Positions 26,801 through 38,103 of a DNA stretch of 64,000 nucleotides are shown here, piece by piece (within the stretch, counting starts at the first letter, position 1; each line of letters opens with the position of its first letter). The stretch is from Ginglymostoma cirratum (lineage: Eukaryota), in the NCBI GenBank assembly GCA_024137785.1, contig JAHRHZ010000018.1:1-64000 (forward strand), written 5' to 3'. The position numbers and the translations under genes were made by a program. Under the pieces are notes generated by a model. The model did no database searches and was not told where the DNA came from. It saw only the letters and a program-made list of their open reading frames with translations.

Positions 26801-27775
26801 CTGTCCACTGGAGCTACAACTCGGGTTCCCATTCCCCTGCTGAATTAGTTTAAGCCCTCCCGAAGAGCATTAGCAAATTCCACCCCTAGGATGTTGGTAC
26901 CCCTCTGGTTCAGGGGTAGACCATCCCATTTGTAGAGGTGCCACCTACCCCAGAATGAGCACCAATTATCCAGATATCTGAATCCCTCCCTCCTGCACCA
27001 TCCCTGTCATCACGTGCTCAACTGCTTTCTCTCCCTATTCCACGCCTTGCTAGCATGTGGCACGGGTAACAAACCAGAGATAACAACTCTGCTTGTCCTA
27101 CCTCTAAGCTTCCACCCTAGCTCCTTGAATTTCTGCCTTTCATTGCCATCCCTTTTCCTACCTATGTCCTTGGTGCCTATGTGGACCATGACTTGTGGCT
27201 GCTTCCCCTCCCCATTAAGGATTCCAAAAACACAATCCGAGACATCACGGACCCTGGCACCTCGGAGGCAACACACCAACCGTGAGTCTCTCTTGTTCCC
27301 ACAGAATCTTCTATCTGTCCCCCTGACTATGGAGTCCCCAATGACTAATGCTCTCCTCCTCTCCCTCCTTCCCTTCTGAGCAACAGGGACAGACTCTATG
27401 CCTGAGACCCATACCCCATGGCTTACACCTGGTAAACCGTACCCCCCAACAGTATCCAAAATGGTATACTCGTTATTGAGGGGAACGGCCACCGGGGATC
27501 CCTGCACTGTCTGCCTGTTCCCTTTCCGTCCCCTGACTGTAACCCATCTATCTTTTTCCTGTACCTGAGGTGTGACTACCTCCCTGTAACTCCTCTCAAT
27601 TATCCCCTCGGCCTCCCGAATGATCCGAAGTTCATCCCAGCTCCATCTCCAGTTCCCTAACGCGGTTTCCGAGGAGCTGGATTTGGGTGCATTTCCCACA
27701 GATGAAGTCAGTGGGGACACTAGTGGTGATCCTTACCTCCCACATTCTACAGCAGGAGCCATGAATTCCACACGT
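23870..27775 (-). mobile_element. Near full-length CR1 LINE (ORF1 SGNH esterase-like + ORF2 APE endonuclease-RT), broken by a few lesions
   Basis: ORF1 ALVIGDSIVRG/VMVHIGTKDI (27010-27720); ORF2 pieces with MGDFNFP, SDHN, YMDFSKAFDKVPH, SKFADDTK; (TTCTATG)n 3' tail at 23870-23895. Confidence 0.95.
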
Positions 27776-28081
27776 TACCAATTTTTCCGGCAATACTCCT
27801 TATGAATTACGTATCTGCTCATCATCAAAGATTGACATGCTCCCGCATGTCTTAAAATTGTAGTTTTTTACCTGCTCCTTCTGGCATATACCAAGTAAAC
27901 TTTACTCTCACAAGAAAAGTCCTGAAGAAGTTCTGGCACTTTCGTCTCAACCAACCCCTGACCAGGTTGTATACTCTGGTGCTTCCTTTTAGCTTCCATT
28001 ATGGTTCCTTTACCACTTCAGCAAAACTTACTGGCTTTTGCTGTTTTCCCACATCCGTCTTCCTAGTGCTTTTTCTAAACC

Positions 28082-28213
28082 TCTGGTACTTTTTGGAGGC
28101 CTGTAGAAAACTCCCAACAGGGTGACCTCTCCTTTCCTGTTTCTAACCTCAGCCCATACCACCTCAGTAGACGAGTCCTCATCAGATGTCCGTTCTGCCA
28201 CCGTAATACTGTC
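28082..28213 (-). mobile_element. Isolated internal CR1 endonuclease-region fragment inside Gypsy gag
   Basis: Matches 26378-26509 with five substitutions counted by eye; no CR1 3' tail. Confidence 0.9.
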
Positions 28214-29189
28214 AACACTGTGACGTCATGTGGTCTACTTTATTGCAGTGAAAACATCTGAGATTTTTTTACTTCTTTTTCCCCCTCACGGTTTCCTTTT
28301 CACCCAATGGTAAACAATCTTTACTATCTTCAATGAGATCTCCTTTTCCTTATTACCTAATGTTTTCTCTACTTAATGACCGAAAGAGCCATTACAAGGC
28401 ACACCCTGTTTAAACCAGCGGAATTTAACGCCCGAAACAAAAGAAACTACAACATACCATTTGCACCCTTTGAGTCCAACAATCCTAAACTGAACCTGGG
28501 GTTCTGGATTTTGATGCAGACAAGAGACCCCCAATTTGTTATAGACCAGACTAGACCCTGTCAAAATATTTTAAGAAGGTAGTCTGATGTTAACTGTTTC
28601 ATGTTTTAACAGCAAATGTTAATGCCTATTCCAGATGCAATCCAGTGGGTCAAATTACTCAATGTTAAACAAAACACTATTTGTTTAAATATGAATTAAA
28701 ATACAACCAAAGAAAGAAAGAGGAATTTAAAATAATTTAAAATAACTCCATTGGTAAACTTAACCAAATAATAGATTACTTATTAACTGTCCCAATATAG
28801 TTGCATCCATGAACACTTCGCTTGGCAAAAAGAAGAAAATTCAGACATAGATTCTCACGTAGAGTTCTCCAGTCCACAAGGAAAAATCACCAAGAGAAAA
28901 TCCTGAGAGAATAACAGCCAGGAGACTATCACTGAAGCTGCAACTCTGTTGAGACCCCAATACCTTCTTATGTAACTGAAAACCCAGAAATTCGAATATG
29001 TGATAACTGTTCACACCCATTCAGGCTGTTTTAGGAAAAAAACCAAGGCCTCCCAAGTCACTTATACAAGTGATCTTACGTCAACAGTTCAATACCTCGG
29101 CCTTACAAACACTCTTCCAAAAAAAATGACAAAAAAGGACCTTTTAAAGTGACAGCATTGTTACATCACGCTAAAAGATTGAAGTAACA

Positions 29190-30240
29190 AACTCCAACTA
29201 AACAATCATTGCATTTTAATCTTAACTTTCTCAATAAAAGTTCATGAGTTGCAATCAGTATAAACCATTGTTTCACAGTTTCAGTGTCAAACATAAACTT
29301 CAAAGTGTTGAAGGATTGCCAATCCTACAAATGCCGCTTTTTCTTTTGTGGAATATCTTTTCTGATGTTGACCCAACTTCTTGGAAAAATAGCCCACTGG
29401 CTTCCCTTTTCTGGCCATGTCACCCAGTGCTCTAATCTCAAACTAACTGACCGCCATTGCGAGTTTAAAAGATTTGGTAAAGTTCTATGTTGTTAATACA
29501 GGGACATTTGTGAACATTTCTTTCAGCTTTTTAAAGTCTTCCTGCCATTTTGTTGACCAGGCCATCTTTGTCCATTTTTGTTAGCTGTCAGTGAAGGATA
29601 CAGTTATTCCAGTGAAATTAGATATTAGCTTCTGATTCAATATGCACATTCCCAAAATCCTCATGATATCTCATTTTGCCTTAAGGCTGGGGACGTCAAT
29701 AAAAAATCTTACTTTTTTCATTCTGAGTGACATTTGACCTTGCTCCACAATATCTCCCAAATATGTCACTTTCTCTTTTGCAAATTCACATCTTGCTTCA
29801 TTCACCAGGAAGTTGCCTGGGATGGAGCAGTTTGCTTATGAAGAGATGATCAGGAGTCACAGTTAAACATGTCACCTGCTTAATCCTTGAAATACTTTGT
29901 CGGGAACCAATGAATTTTGTTTTTAATGGCTCACTTTGTAAAGGTAACATTTCCAAAACCCTTATCTGCTGCTTTGCAATTTCTAGTCACCCCATGTTTT
30001 TCTGCCCACACTGTTATTTTATTTTATTCAGTTTTCAGATACCCCTGTGTTCAGCTCCAGCTAGATGGTCTTGTGACCCTCTCTAGAAATGTGGCCACAT
30101 TCTCTAACATTGAAGACTCATTTTATTGGCTGAGAAATTTGTCTGAAATCTGTTTTAATGATCCTCTTCTTTCATGGCCATCAACTAATTCAAATGGACT
30201 GAAGCCAGAGGATTCATCTGTGGAACTTCTAGTGGGCAAA
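29190..30240 (-). mobile_element. Older Gypsy pol remnant
   Basis: - strand RCEFAKEKVTYLGDIVEQG (end of RT) and degenerate RNase H-linker sequence. Confidence 0.55.
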
Positions 30241-30319
30241 TAAGAGAAAATCTAACCCTTTTTCCCAATCCTTTCATCATTCCCAGAAATAGGTTTTGAT
30301 CGTGGTTTCTTTAGAGTCT

Positions 30320-31855
30320 TCTTAACCACCCGGTCTACATATGACACAAACTTCAAGCAATTATGTACATGAACACTTAGGTCTCTCTGTTCTGCAACTC
30401 CACCCAAGGCCCTAAGTTGAATTGAATCAGTCCTTCCCTTGTTTGTTTTACCAAAATGCAATACCTCATATTTATCCAAATTAAACTCCATCTGCCGCTC
30501 CTCAGTCCATTAACCCAATCGTTCAAGATCTCTTTGTAATCTTAGATGACCGTCTTCACTTCCTCTATACCATCAATTTTAGTGTCATTTAGTGCTGACT
30601 ATGCCTCCTAAATTCTCATCAAAATTATTTATATAAATGTCAAACAAAAGTGAATCCAGCACTGATCCCTGTGGAGCACTGTTGGTAATAGGCCTCCAGC
30701 CCAAAAAAAAACCTCTACCATCACCCTCCATCTCATCCCATTAAGCCAACCTTGTATCAAATTGACAAGTGAGCTAACTTTACAAATTAGTCTACCATGT
30801 GGAACCTTATCAAGGGCTTGACTCAAGTCTAAGTAAACAATGTCCACCACTCTGCCCTCATCAATCTTCATAGTTACTTCTTCAATAAAACTTAATCAAG
30901 TTTGTCAGACATGATTTCCCTCGCACAAAACCATGCTGACTATCTCTCATCATTCCTTGCCCCTCCAAAAGCATATAAATCCTATCTTTCAGAATCACCT
31001 CCAACAACTTACCACCAAAGTCAGACTCACAAGCCTATAGTTCCCAATCTTCTCCTTATATCCCTTCTTAAACAAAGGCACATTAGCCACCCTCCAGTCA
31101 TCCAACAACTCACCCATAGTTATAGATGATAAAAATATTTCTGCAAGGGGCCCTGCAATTTCCTCCATAACTTCTCACTAAGTCCTGGGATACACAAGAT
31201 CAGGTCCTGGAGATTTATCTACCTTTATGTTTTCTTCAGCACTTCATCTTCTGTCATGTGAATTGTTTTCAAAACAGCAATATTTATTTCCCTGAGATTC
31301 CTAGCCTCCATTTCTTTCTCCACAGTAAAAACTGATGTAAAATATTGACTTAATATCTCATCCATCTCCTAAAGTTCAGTTCAAAGATGACATGTTTGAT
31401 CTTTAAGAGGGCCTACTCTCTCTCTAGTTATGCTGTCACTCTTAATATACTTATAGAATCTCTTCTTATTATCCTAAACATTATTTGCAAAAGCTGTCAC
31501 ATATCCTCTCTTTGCCTTCCTGATCTCCTTCTTAAGATTACCCCTGCACTTTTTATACGCTTCAAGACAGTTCAACATGGCATTTGAAGCCATTTGTCTA
31601 CATCTAATATATGATTTTTTTTTGTTCTCAACTAGAGCCTCAATATCTTTATTTATCCATTGTTCCCTAATGCTACTAGCCTTACCATTCACTCTAAACA
31701 GGAACGTAATGCCTCTGAACTCTCATTATCATACTCTCGAAAGTCTCCTACTTGTCAGATGTCCCTTTACCTGCAAACAGACTACACCAATCAACTTTTA
31801 AAGTTTTTGTCTCATACCACTCTAAGTTACCTTACTCCAATTAAAAACAACTTTT
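30320..31855 (-). mobile_element. Decayed CR1 ORF2 fragment
   Basis: VDIVYLDLSQALDKVPHGRL and MEFNLDKYEVLHFG motifs. Confidence 0.9.
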
Positions 31856-31859
31856 AGAG

Positions 31860-33410
31860 AAGGTTAAGGTAGTTCCCCAACACCGCACCGCCCATTTCTG
31901 TCTCCTTCCCAAAATCCACAAACCTGACTGTCCTGGCCAACACATTGTCTCTGCCTGCTCCTGCCTCACTGAACTTATCTCCACTTACCTTGACCCTGTT
32001 TTCTTCCCCTTGATCCAGGAACTCCCCACCGACATCCGGGACACTACCCATACCTTCCACCTGCTCCAAGACTTCCAATTCCCTGGCCCCCAACATGTCA
32101 TCTTCACTCTTGACATCCAATCCCTGTACAGTTGCATTCCCCATGTAGATGACCTAAGAGCTCGCCGCTTCTTACTCCCACAGGCCCAACCAGTCCCCCT
32201 CCATTGACACCGTCATCTGCTTAACCAAATCCATCCTTACCCTTAACATATTCTCCTTTAACTCCTCCCACTTCCTACAGACTAAGGGGATGGCCATGGG
32301 AACCTGCATGGACCCAAGCTTTGCCTGCCTCTTTACAGGATACATGGAACAGTCCTTCTTCTGCTGTTACACTGGCACTACCCCCACCTCTTCTTCTGTC
32401 ACATTGATGACTATATTGGCGCTACCTCTCTCTCCCACGAGGACCTTGAACAGTTCATCAACTTAACTAACACCTTTCACCCCAACCTCAAGTTCACCTG
32501 GACCATCTCTGATACCTCCCTCTCCTTCCTGGACCTCTCCATCTCCATCTCTGGGTGCCGCCTTGAAACCAACATTTATTTCAAGCCCACCGACTCCCAC
32601 AGCTACCTGGACTACACCTCCTCTCACCCAGCTTCCTGCAAAAATGCAATAACCTACTCCCAATTCCTCCATCTCCACCGCATCTGCTCCCAAGGTGGGG
32701 TGTTCCATTCCCGAACACCCCAGATGCCCTCTTATTTCAAGAACCGTAAAGTCCCCCCTTCAGTGGTCGAAAATACTCTCAACTGCATCTCTTGTGTTTC
32801 CCGCACCTCTGCCCTCACATCCCCTTTCCACCAGCAAAAACAAAGACAGAATCCCCCTTGTCCTCAAATATCACCCACTAACTATCATATCCAACGTATC
32901 ATTCTCCGTCACTTCTGCCACCTACAATCCAACCCCACAACCAAAGATATGTTTCCCTCCCAACCCCTATTAGCCTTTTGTAGGGACTGCTGTCTCTGCG
33001 ACTCCTTTGTCCGCTCCACACTGCCCACTAGCCCCGCTAGCTTACAGCCCAATGGCCTAAATGTGGATTTTACCAGTTTCAAAATCTCCCCACCCCTAGC
33101 CTCATCCCATGATCACCCCTCCCTCTCATCCCTACCTCCTTGAACTGACACAACCTGTCCATCTTCTCCCCCAACCATCCTGTCCTCCCACCTCAGTCAC
33201 CAATCTCCACCACTGCCTACCTGTACTCACCTATCACCATCCCACTCATCTTCCCCAACCCCACCCCTCCTCTCTCTATTTATTTCAGAGCTCCCTTCCC
33301 CCTCCCCCATTTCTGAAGAAGGGTCCAAAGCTAAAATATCAGCTTTCCTGCTCCTCTGGTACTGCCTGGCCTGCTGCGTTCCTCCAGCTCCACACTGTGT
33401 TATCCCAGAG
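31860..33410 (+). mobile_element. Penelope-like element: RT core, linker and 3' terminal repeat, internally deleted
   Basis: IRDTTHTFHLL...FTLDIQSLYSCIPH, KGMAMGT, HIDD, RIPLVLKYHP; tail homologous to 63480-63654. Confidence 0.9.
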
Positions 33411-33904
33411 CAATGGGCATGTGGATGGCAGCAGGTGAATCCCAAATCCTGGAGTGACTGGCCGACCGAAGCAGGGGAATTCCAAGTTGTGGAGTGGCAT
33501 GAGGTGAAGTGAATCTCGGTACAGCACAACTTCACCTTGTTGCTGCTGAGTGCCGGTGAGGAGCGGACTGGGGGCTGGAGCCATGTGGGGAAAGTTGCTG
33601 GACTTGGGCCTGGTACCATGAGCTGAGATAGGGCTGTTTGGAATTCTTTACTGGACTATAATGTAAATGCTTTTCACTATATTCTAACTACCTAATTTCT
33701 ACTTTATTCTTAAACACTAAATAATGCTACTGTTTTCCTTTTAATCCTCTTTTGTATAACAACACATTTTTTCATTCTATAAGATTTGGAAGTCGGTGTT
33801 TGTACCTAAAATTGTACCATTAAAAGGCAGCCATTTTAAAAATGTTTCACTATTCCTGTACTTTGGTACTGCAGTGACATTAAAGGATATTCACTTATTC
33901 ATTT

Positions 33905-34790
33905 TCACACCCCTCTCCAATCGAATCCTGAATGTTGACATTGATTCTACACCTGCCATTAATCTGAAGTGACTCCCAGAGCCTCCCCACCCTCTGGGTG
34001 AAGGGATTTTCCATGTGTCAGTACTCAGTTTTTCTTGTTGCATTTTGTATCCATGACCCCTCATTCTTCACTCCCTCAATAGTCTGTTTCCATCTCGGTT
34101 ATTGCCCCTTGAAAGGGTTTGAAAGACTTTGATCATAAACTAGTAGTGTGTGTCCTTCCAATGATACAAAGGTATTCTGAAGTCTGTCATTGTGTTTGTA
34201 TGTGCTTATCCCAGACAACATCCCTCTGAGTTGCTGTGGTTCGCTCCCTCAGTATTTTCTCAGTCTGAACAAGCTGAAAGTGCAGCAAGTCTCTCGAAGA
34301 AATCTCTCTCTTCCACAATCGGAAACAAGAACAACTTGGACAAGTTTCTCAGCAGGCCCACTCGTTTCAAATTTTTCCCTTTGTTGGTCACACAAATTCT
34401 GCTCTTTTTAGTAAATGATCCAAGTTTCTAGATCATCCTTTTTCATCTTTTTGCTCAAAGTGTGTGGTGAAAAATGTAAAATCCATCAGCCCCGTGAGTG
34501 TGAAGATTATGGCATACTTCTGTGGTGAATGTGCAATAAATCTACCGTGTGGCATTTATTTAGAAGCCCTGTTGAAGATCAGAACACTGTGTATGCGATA
34601 GTAAATGGTAAGCAAGCTAATTCAATCATTATCACAACGTTTAGCAGGACTTACACTCTGTTCCAAGTATCCCCTTTACATGGTTAGATTCCTGATGTGA
34701 TAAATACGCTAAAAAATAGAACAGGTCATTTGTCTGATTGACACAATTTACCATCATGGTCACTCAATGAGGCATATTCAGACAAGGCTG
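33905..34790 (+). repeat. Segment duplicated in inverted orientation at about 55390-56262
   Basis: Colinear reverse-complement similarity, e.g. tgtgtttgtatgtgcttatcc, cctgttgaaga, ggttagattcctgatgtg; includes an old CR1 3' remnant and a 44-nt exon. Confidence 0.9.
34564..34607 (+). pseudogene. Cytoplasmic exon SPVEDQNTVYAIVN with ITSM-type motif TVYAIV
   Basis: tttatttag| acceptor, G|gtaagc donor, 44 nt, phase 2 to 1; paralogue of the same length at 55580-55623. Confidence 0.75.
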
Positions 34791-36007
34791 CGGATGTTCT
34801 CTAACAATGGAACTTAATTTTATTTCATCAAAGAGAGAAAACGAAAAACACACCAGATTGGGTGTGTGTATATTTATTACAGTGAGAAGAACTTTTACAC
34901 ACTCATTAAAATAATGTTCCACTCATATTCCTTTCACTATCCATTACAGAATCATGGATCTAGAGAAATTGTACTCCACTCTCACATCTTCAATTTCGTG
35001 ATGAACTGACTCCTGTTCATTTTCTCTGTTTTGAACTGTCAGAACAAATTCATAATGTTCCTCCAAATCCAATTGCATGAAGCTATCACTGTTCTAATAG
35101 CTCAACTTTTTCAATTCGAACAATCTGAAGATTACTGTCCCAAATTCTCCTTGCTTAGAAAAATTCACAAACTGGAAAATACATGGCTACTGTGGTGACT
35201 GGTTTCTTCTGCACTGAAACTCCAGCTCAGAGAGAAACTCAAACTTCATTCTGAATTCAAATTTTGGGTTGTTTTCAACATAATCTCTGGTCTTTATTGT
35301 AGTGAACTCAAAATAAAATTAAAAGCTTAATGTATTTACTCTGCCTGTCACAAACTCAAAAGTACAAGCAACATATTTCTGCAACACGCCAGAGATTCTA
35401 CAATCTCCCTGATGACAGTCACTTGTCTTCTCGGAATGACTGCATTGAATCACTGATCCAGAATGACTTTCTGACCTTTTAAAAGAATCACCACAGTGCT
35501 AGCACATGTCCATATTTGTCTCTTTATAAATCATTCCAAATTTCAAAAATGATATATTCTACATACCATTCATCACACAAAAAGCTAGAGTGGAGAAAAG
35601 GAGGAATGTTTTCACTGGAGAGAATTGCTGGATCTGGAACACAGGACCTGAAAATGTGTTTGAAGCTGATTTCATTAGGAATTTGAAGAGAGTTTCAGAC
35701 AGGGATTTGAGGATGAGGGATGCAGTGGGTCATTGATAAAGAGCAGAGCTGCAGAGTTAAGCACGATGACACTTTCAAGATTTAATATGGGTGTGATTGG
35801 CTGATGGTGCTCTCTCTGTGCAGCGTTTGTCTGATTGACATGATGAATGTTCTAACAGAAAGCAATGCCCAGGATTCCCACCATCTGCCTTCCCTGAAAA
35901 CTGCCCAAAGTGACACTGGCATTTTTCCCTCACTGTCTTTCCCAGTTTAAAAAGCTTGATTGTGACTTGGCTCCATTCTGAAGTGGTCTCATTGTATTTT
36001 CTTTCAG

Positions 36008-36051
36008 ATTGAATATGGACCAGAGAGCTAGCAGCTGTTCGTCCTGCAGTG
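36008..36051 (+). pseudogene. Cytoplasmic exon D*IWTRELAAVRPAV (in-frame TGA 36010-36012)
   Basis: Strong acceptor ttgtattttctttcag| and donor G|gtaagg; the phase 1 to 0 frame links the flanking exons but contains a stop. Confidence 0.6.
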
Positions 36052-36729
36052 GTAAGGAAATGAGACACTGCTATTGGTTTTTGCTGCATTTTTAACACAA
36101 GGGCTTTGAGAAATGGGAGCCACATCTAGGAAGAAATTCGTTAGCACCAGAACGATTACAAAACATAACTTTTAACAAACAGAAAGTTTCTGTTCCACAA
36201 TAGGCTCTGACTAAAAATAATCAAAGAGAAATCAATCATTTCTTTCTTTTGGATCTTGTGAGGTTTCATGGACAGAAATGTCCACAAAGTTCCAGTGCCT
36301 GGGAAATGCTGCCACACTTTGTGGGGTTGCGATCACGGACAGAATGCCCTCGGGTCTATGTTCCTCCTAATAGTTTGTTCAGGATTAGGGGAGCCTCTGA
36401 GGGCTGAGATTAAGAAGGGGGAATGAGCCAGAGCCTGATCCTTGACTAAGGCCATATGGCTGCAATTCAATCTTAGCTCCAACTTCCTTCACTATCCCCA
36501 ATGTTCTTCATTCCCTCTGTATCCAAGCAATTCCTTTCTGGTGTCTTTGAGGAGCTGAAACCCATAACAAGCCCTGGGTCAGGAAGATTCAATCTGTGCT
36601 CTGCTCCAAATGAGCTGACTGCAGTTGGGGGGAGCGAGGAGCTTACCTTCGTTGACCTCAGAAGGGGGAATGACCCAGGGTTCCAGCTTTCCACTGATGG
36701 ATCATAATCCAGGCATCCTTCGATACCAA

Positions 36730-37055
36730 CTAGGGGTCAGTAGAGACACTCTTGCTGCTCAATCATATGGATGTCGATTCAAACCTCACTGCACAGATTT
36801 GAGATTTTGGGGTGACTGTCCAGTGCAGTACTGAAAGAGCGCTGCTCTGTAAAAGCTGCCCCACTTTTGGACAAAGATTTAAACCTGGATCCTCTCCGCT
36901 GTCTTGGATGGATGTAACACATTCCAGGGCATTACTTTGGCAGAGAGCAGAGAGATTCTGTTGAACTCTCTGGGTGATGTGTGTCACTTCCCCAACATTC
37001 ACCAAAACCGAGCATCTGCTCAGTGCTGCTGCTGGGATCTTGCTGTGTACAAATA
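36730..37055 (+). mobile_element. Deu-domain SINE (SacSINE1-like); another fragment at about 45830-45980
   Basis: cagtgcagtactga...gctgc...tggatgtaa...gggatcttgctgtgtacaaat core. Confidence 0.65.
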
Positions 37056-37111
37056 AGGAACTCCTGGTGTTTCTGAGAAAATTAATGAGTGACGTTTCTC
37101 TTCGATTCCAG

Positions 37112-37234
37112 CTGGCTGAAGGGGAATGTCTTTATGCTGAGCTTCACTTTCACCAACAAGGAACCAGCCGGCCGACAGTGACAGCTGCTGAAAGTAACTC
37201 GGAGTATGCAGTTGTAAAACCGGCAAGAAACTGA
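37112..37234 (+). pseudogene. Terminal cytoplasmic exon LAEGECLYAELHFHQQGTSRPTVTAAESNSEYAVVKPARN* with two ITIM-like motifs
   Basis: tttctcttcgattccag| acceptor, phase 0; CLYAEL and SEYAVV with tyrosines 24 residues apart; the exon itself is intact. Confidence 0.85.
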
Positions 37235-37263
37235 AGTTCAGCAAGACCCTTTCAGTCTGCAGC

Positions 37264-37905
37264 TGTGACAATGCAGTCACTTTTTAGAGATAATGTTGTC
37301 CTTGTTATTTTTGAAGTGATGTGCTGAGGCAGAGGCATCGAGCCATCTCTGAGAAAGTAAACAATTTGTGAGACTTTGGCATCTCTTTTGAAAAGTTGGA
37401 ACAATTGAAGCAGCCTGGCTGTGGCCAGTTCTCTCAGACCAGGCTTTCTAGCTTATTTTTAACTTTTATGTTGACTTAAAGCCAAAGCCTTTGGGGTCTC
37501 AAAAGAGTTGGAGCTCCAGTGAGTGTCTCCTAGATGTTATTCTCTTTGAATAGTCTCTTGATGGCTTTTGCTCCTGGATTGATAACAGCATGTGAGAATC
37601 TGTGTCTGAATTTGCCTTTTTGCAAGGGGTGTGTTTAGGGGATGTACCTATATTGACACAGTTAATTAGTATCTATATTACCGTATCGATCATTCTGTTA
37701 TGTTTTCCAATAGTTAAGTTGTTCTAAATTCCTCTTTCTTCTGTTTGGATTTTAACTGTAGTATTCAAATAAATTGTGTTTTTCTTAATGTCAAATAGTT
37801 TGACCAGTCACATCGGATCTGAAACAGGGCATTTCCCATCTACAAAAAGTAGGGTCTCGGCTACCCTCTTAAAATTTTGGAAGGGGTCTGATTTGGTTGA
37901 TAACA
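37264..37905 (+). mobile_element. Solo LTR related to the Gypsy LTRs at 28537-29165 and 21749-21990
   Basis: Starts TGTGACAATGCAGTCACTTT, ends ATAACA, reverse-complement similarity to those LTRs; AATAAA at 37768-37773. Confidence 0.8.
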
Positions 37906-38010
37906 AGCAAGGAGCAGTCAAGAGCAACTACTTGAACAGAACCATCTCAGTTTCTTCTTCACGTTCACCCGGATTCAGGCTTCCTCACTAACTGTCCCAT
38001 TTCCATACAT

Positions 38011-38103
38011 TCCCAAACCCTGAGATTTCTGGGCACTTAGACCCTCCCAGACCCTGAGATTACTGGGCACTGAGACCCTCCCAGACCCTGAGATTACTGG
38101 GCA
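38011..38103. repeat. 34-bp tandem repeat, about 2.7 copies
   Basis: Unit tcccagaccctgagattactgggcactgagaccc. Confidence 0.9.

Larger units (their letters stand above)
21749..29165 (-). mobile_element. Decayed Gypsy LTR retrotransposon, probably Gmr1-like, interrupted by a long CR1
   Basis: 5' LTR 28537-29165 (TGTAACA...ATAACA), TGGGGG PBS-like sequence next to it, zinc knuckle CFHCNKVDHMTSQC (28215-28256), protease-like ILRHAGACQSL (about 27830-27860), RT/RNase H at 22300-23460 ending WSLLLQPF...ENVIADLLSQL*, partial homologous 3' LTR at about 21749-21990. Confidence 0.85.

Noticed and set aside
34192-34431. Similar ORFs FVCAYP...KKSL at 34192 (+) and 55768 (-)
   Set aside because: Explained by the inverted duplication; no ATG start, recognisable domain or consistent splice sites
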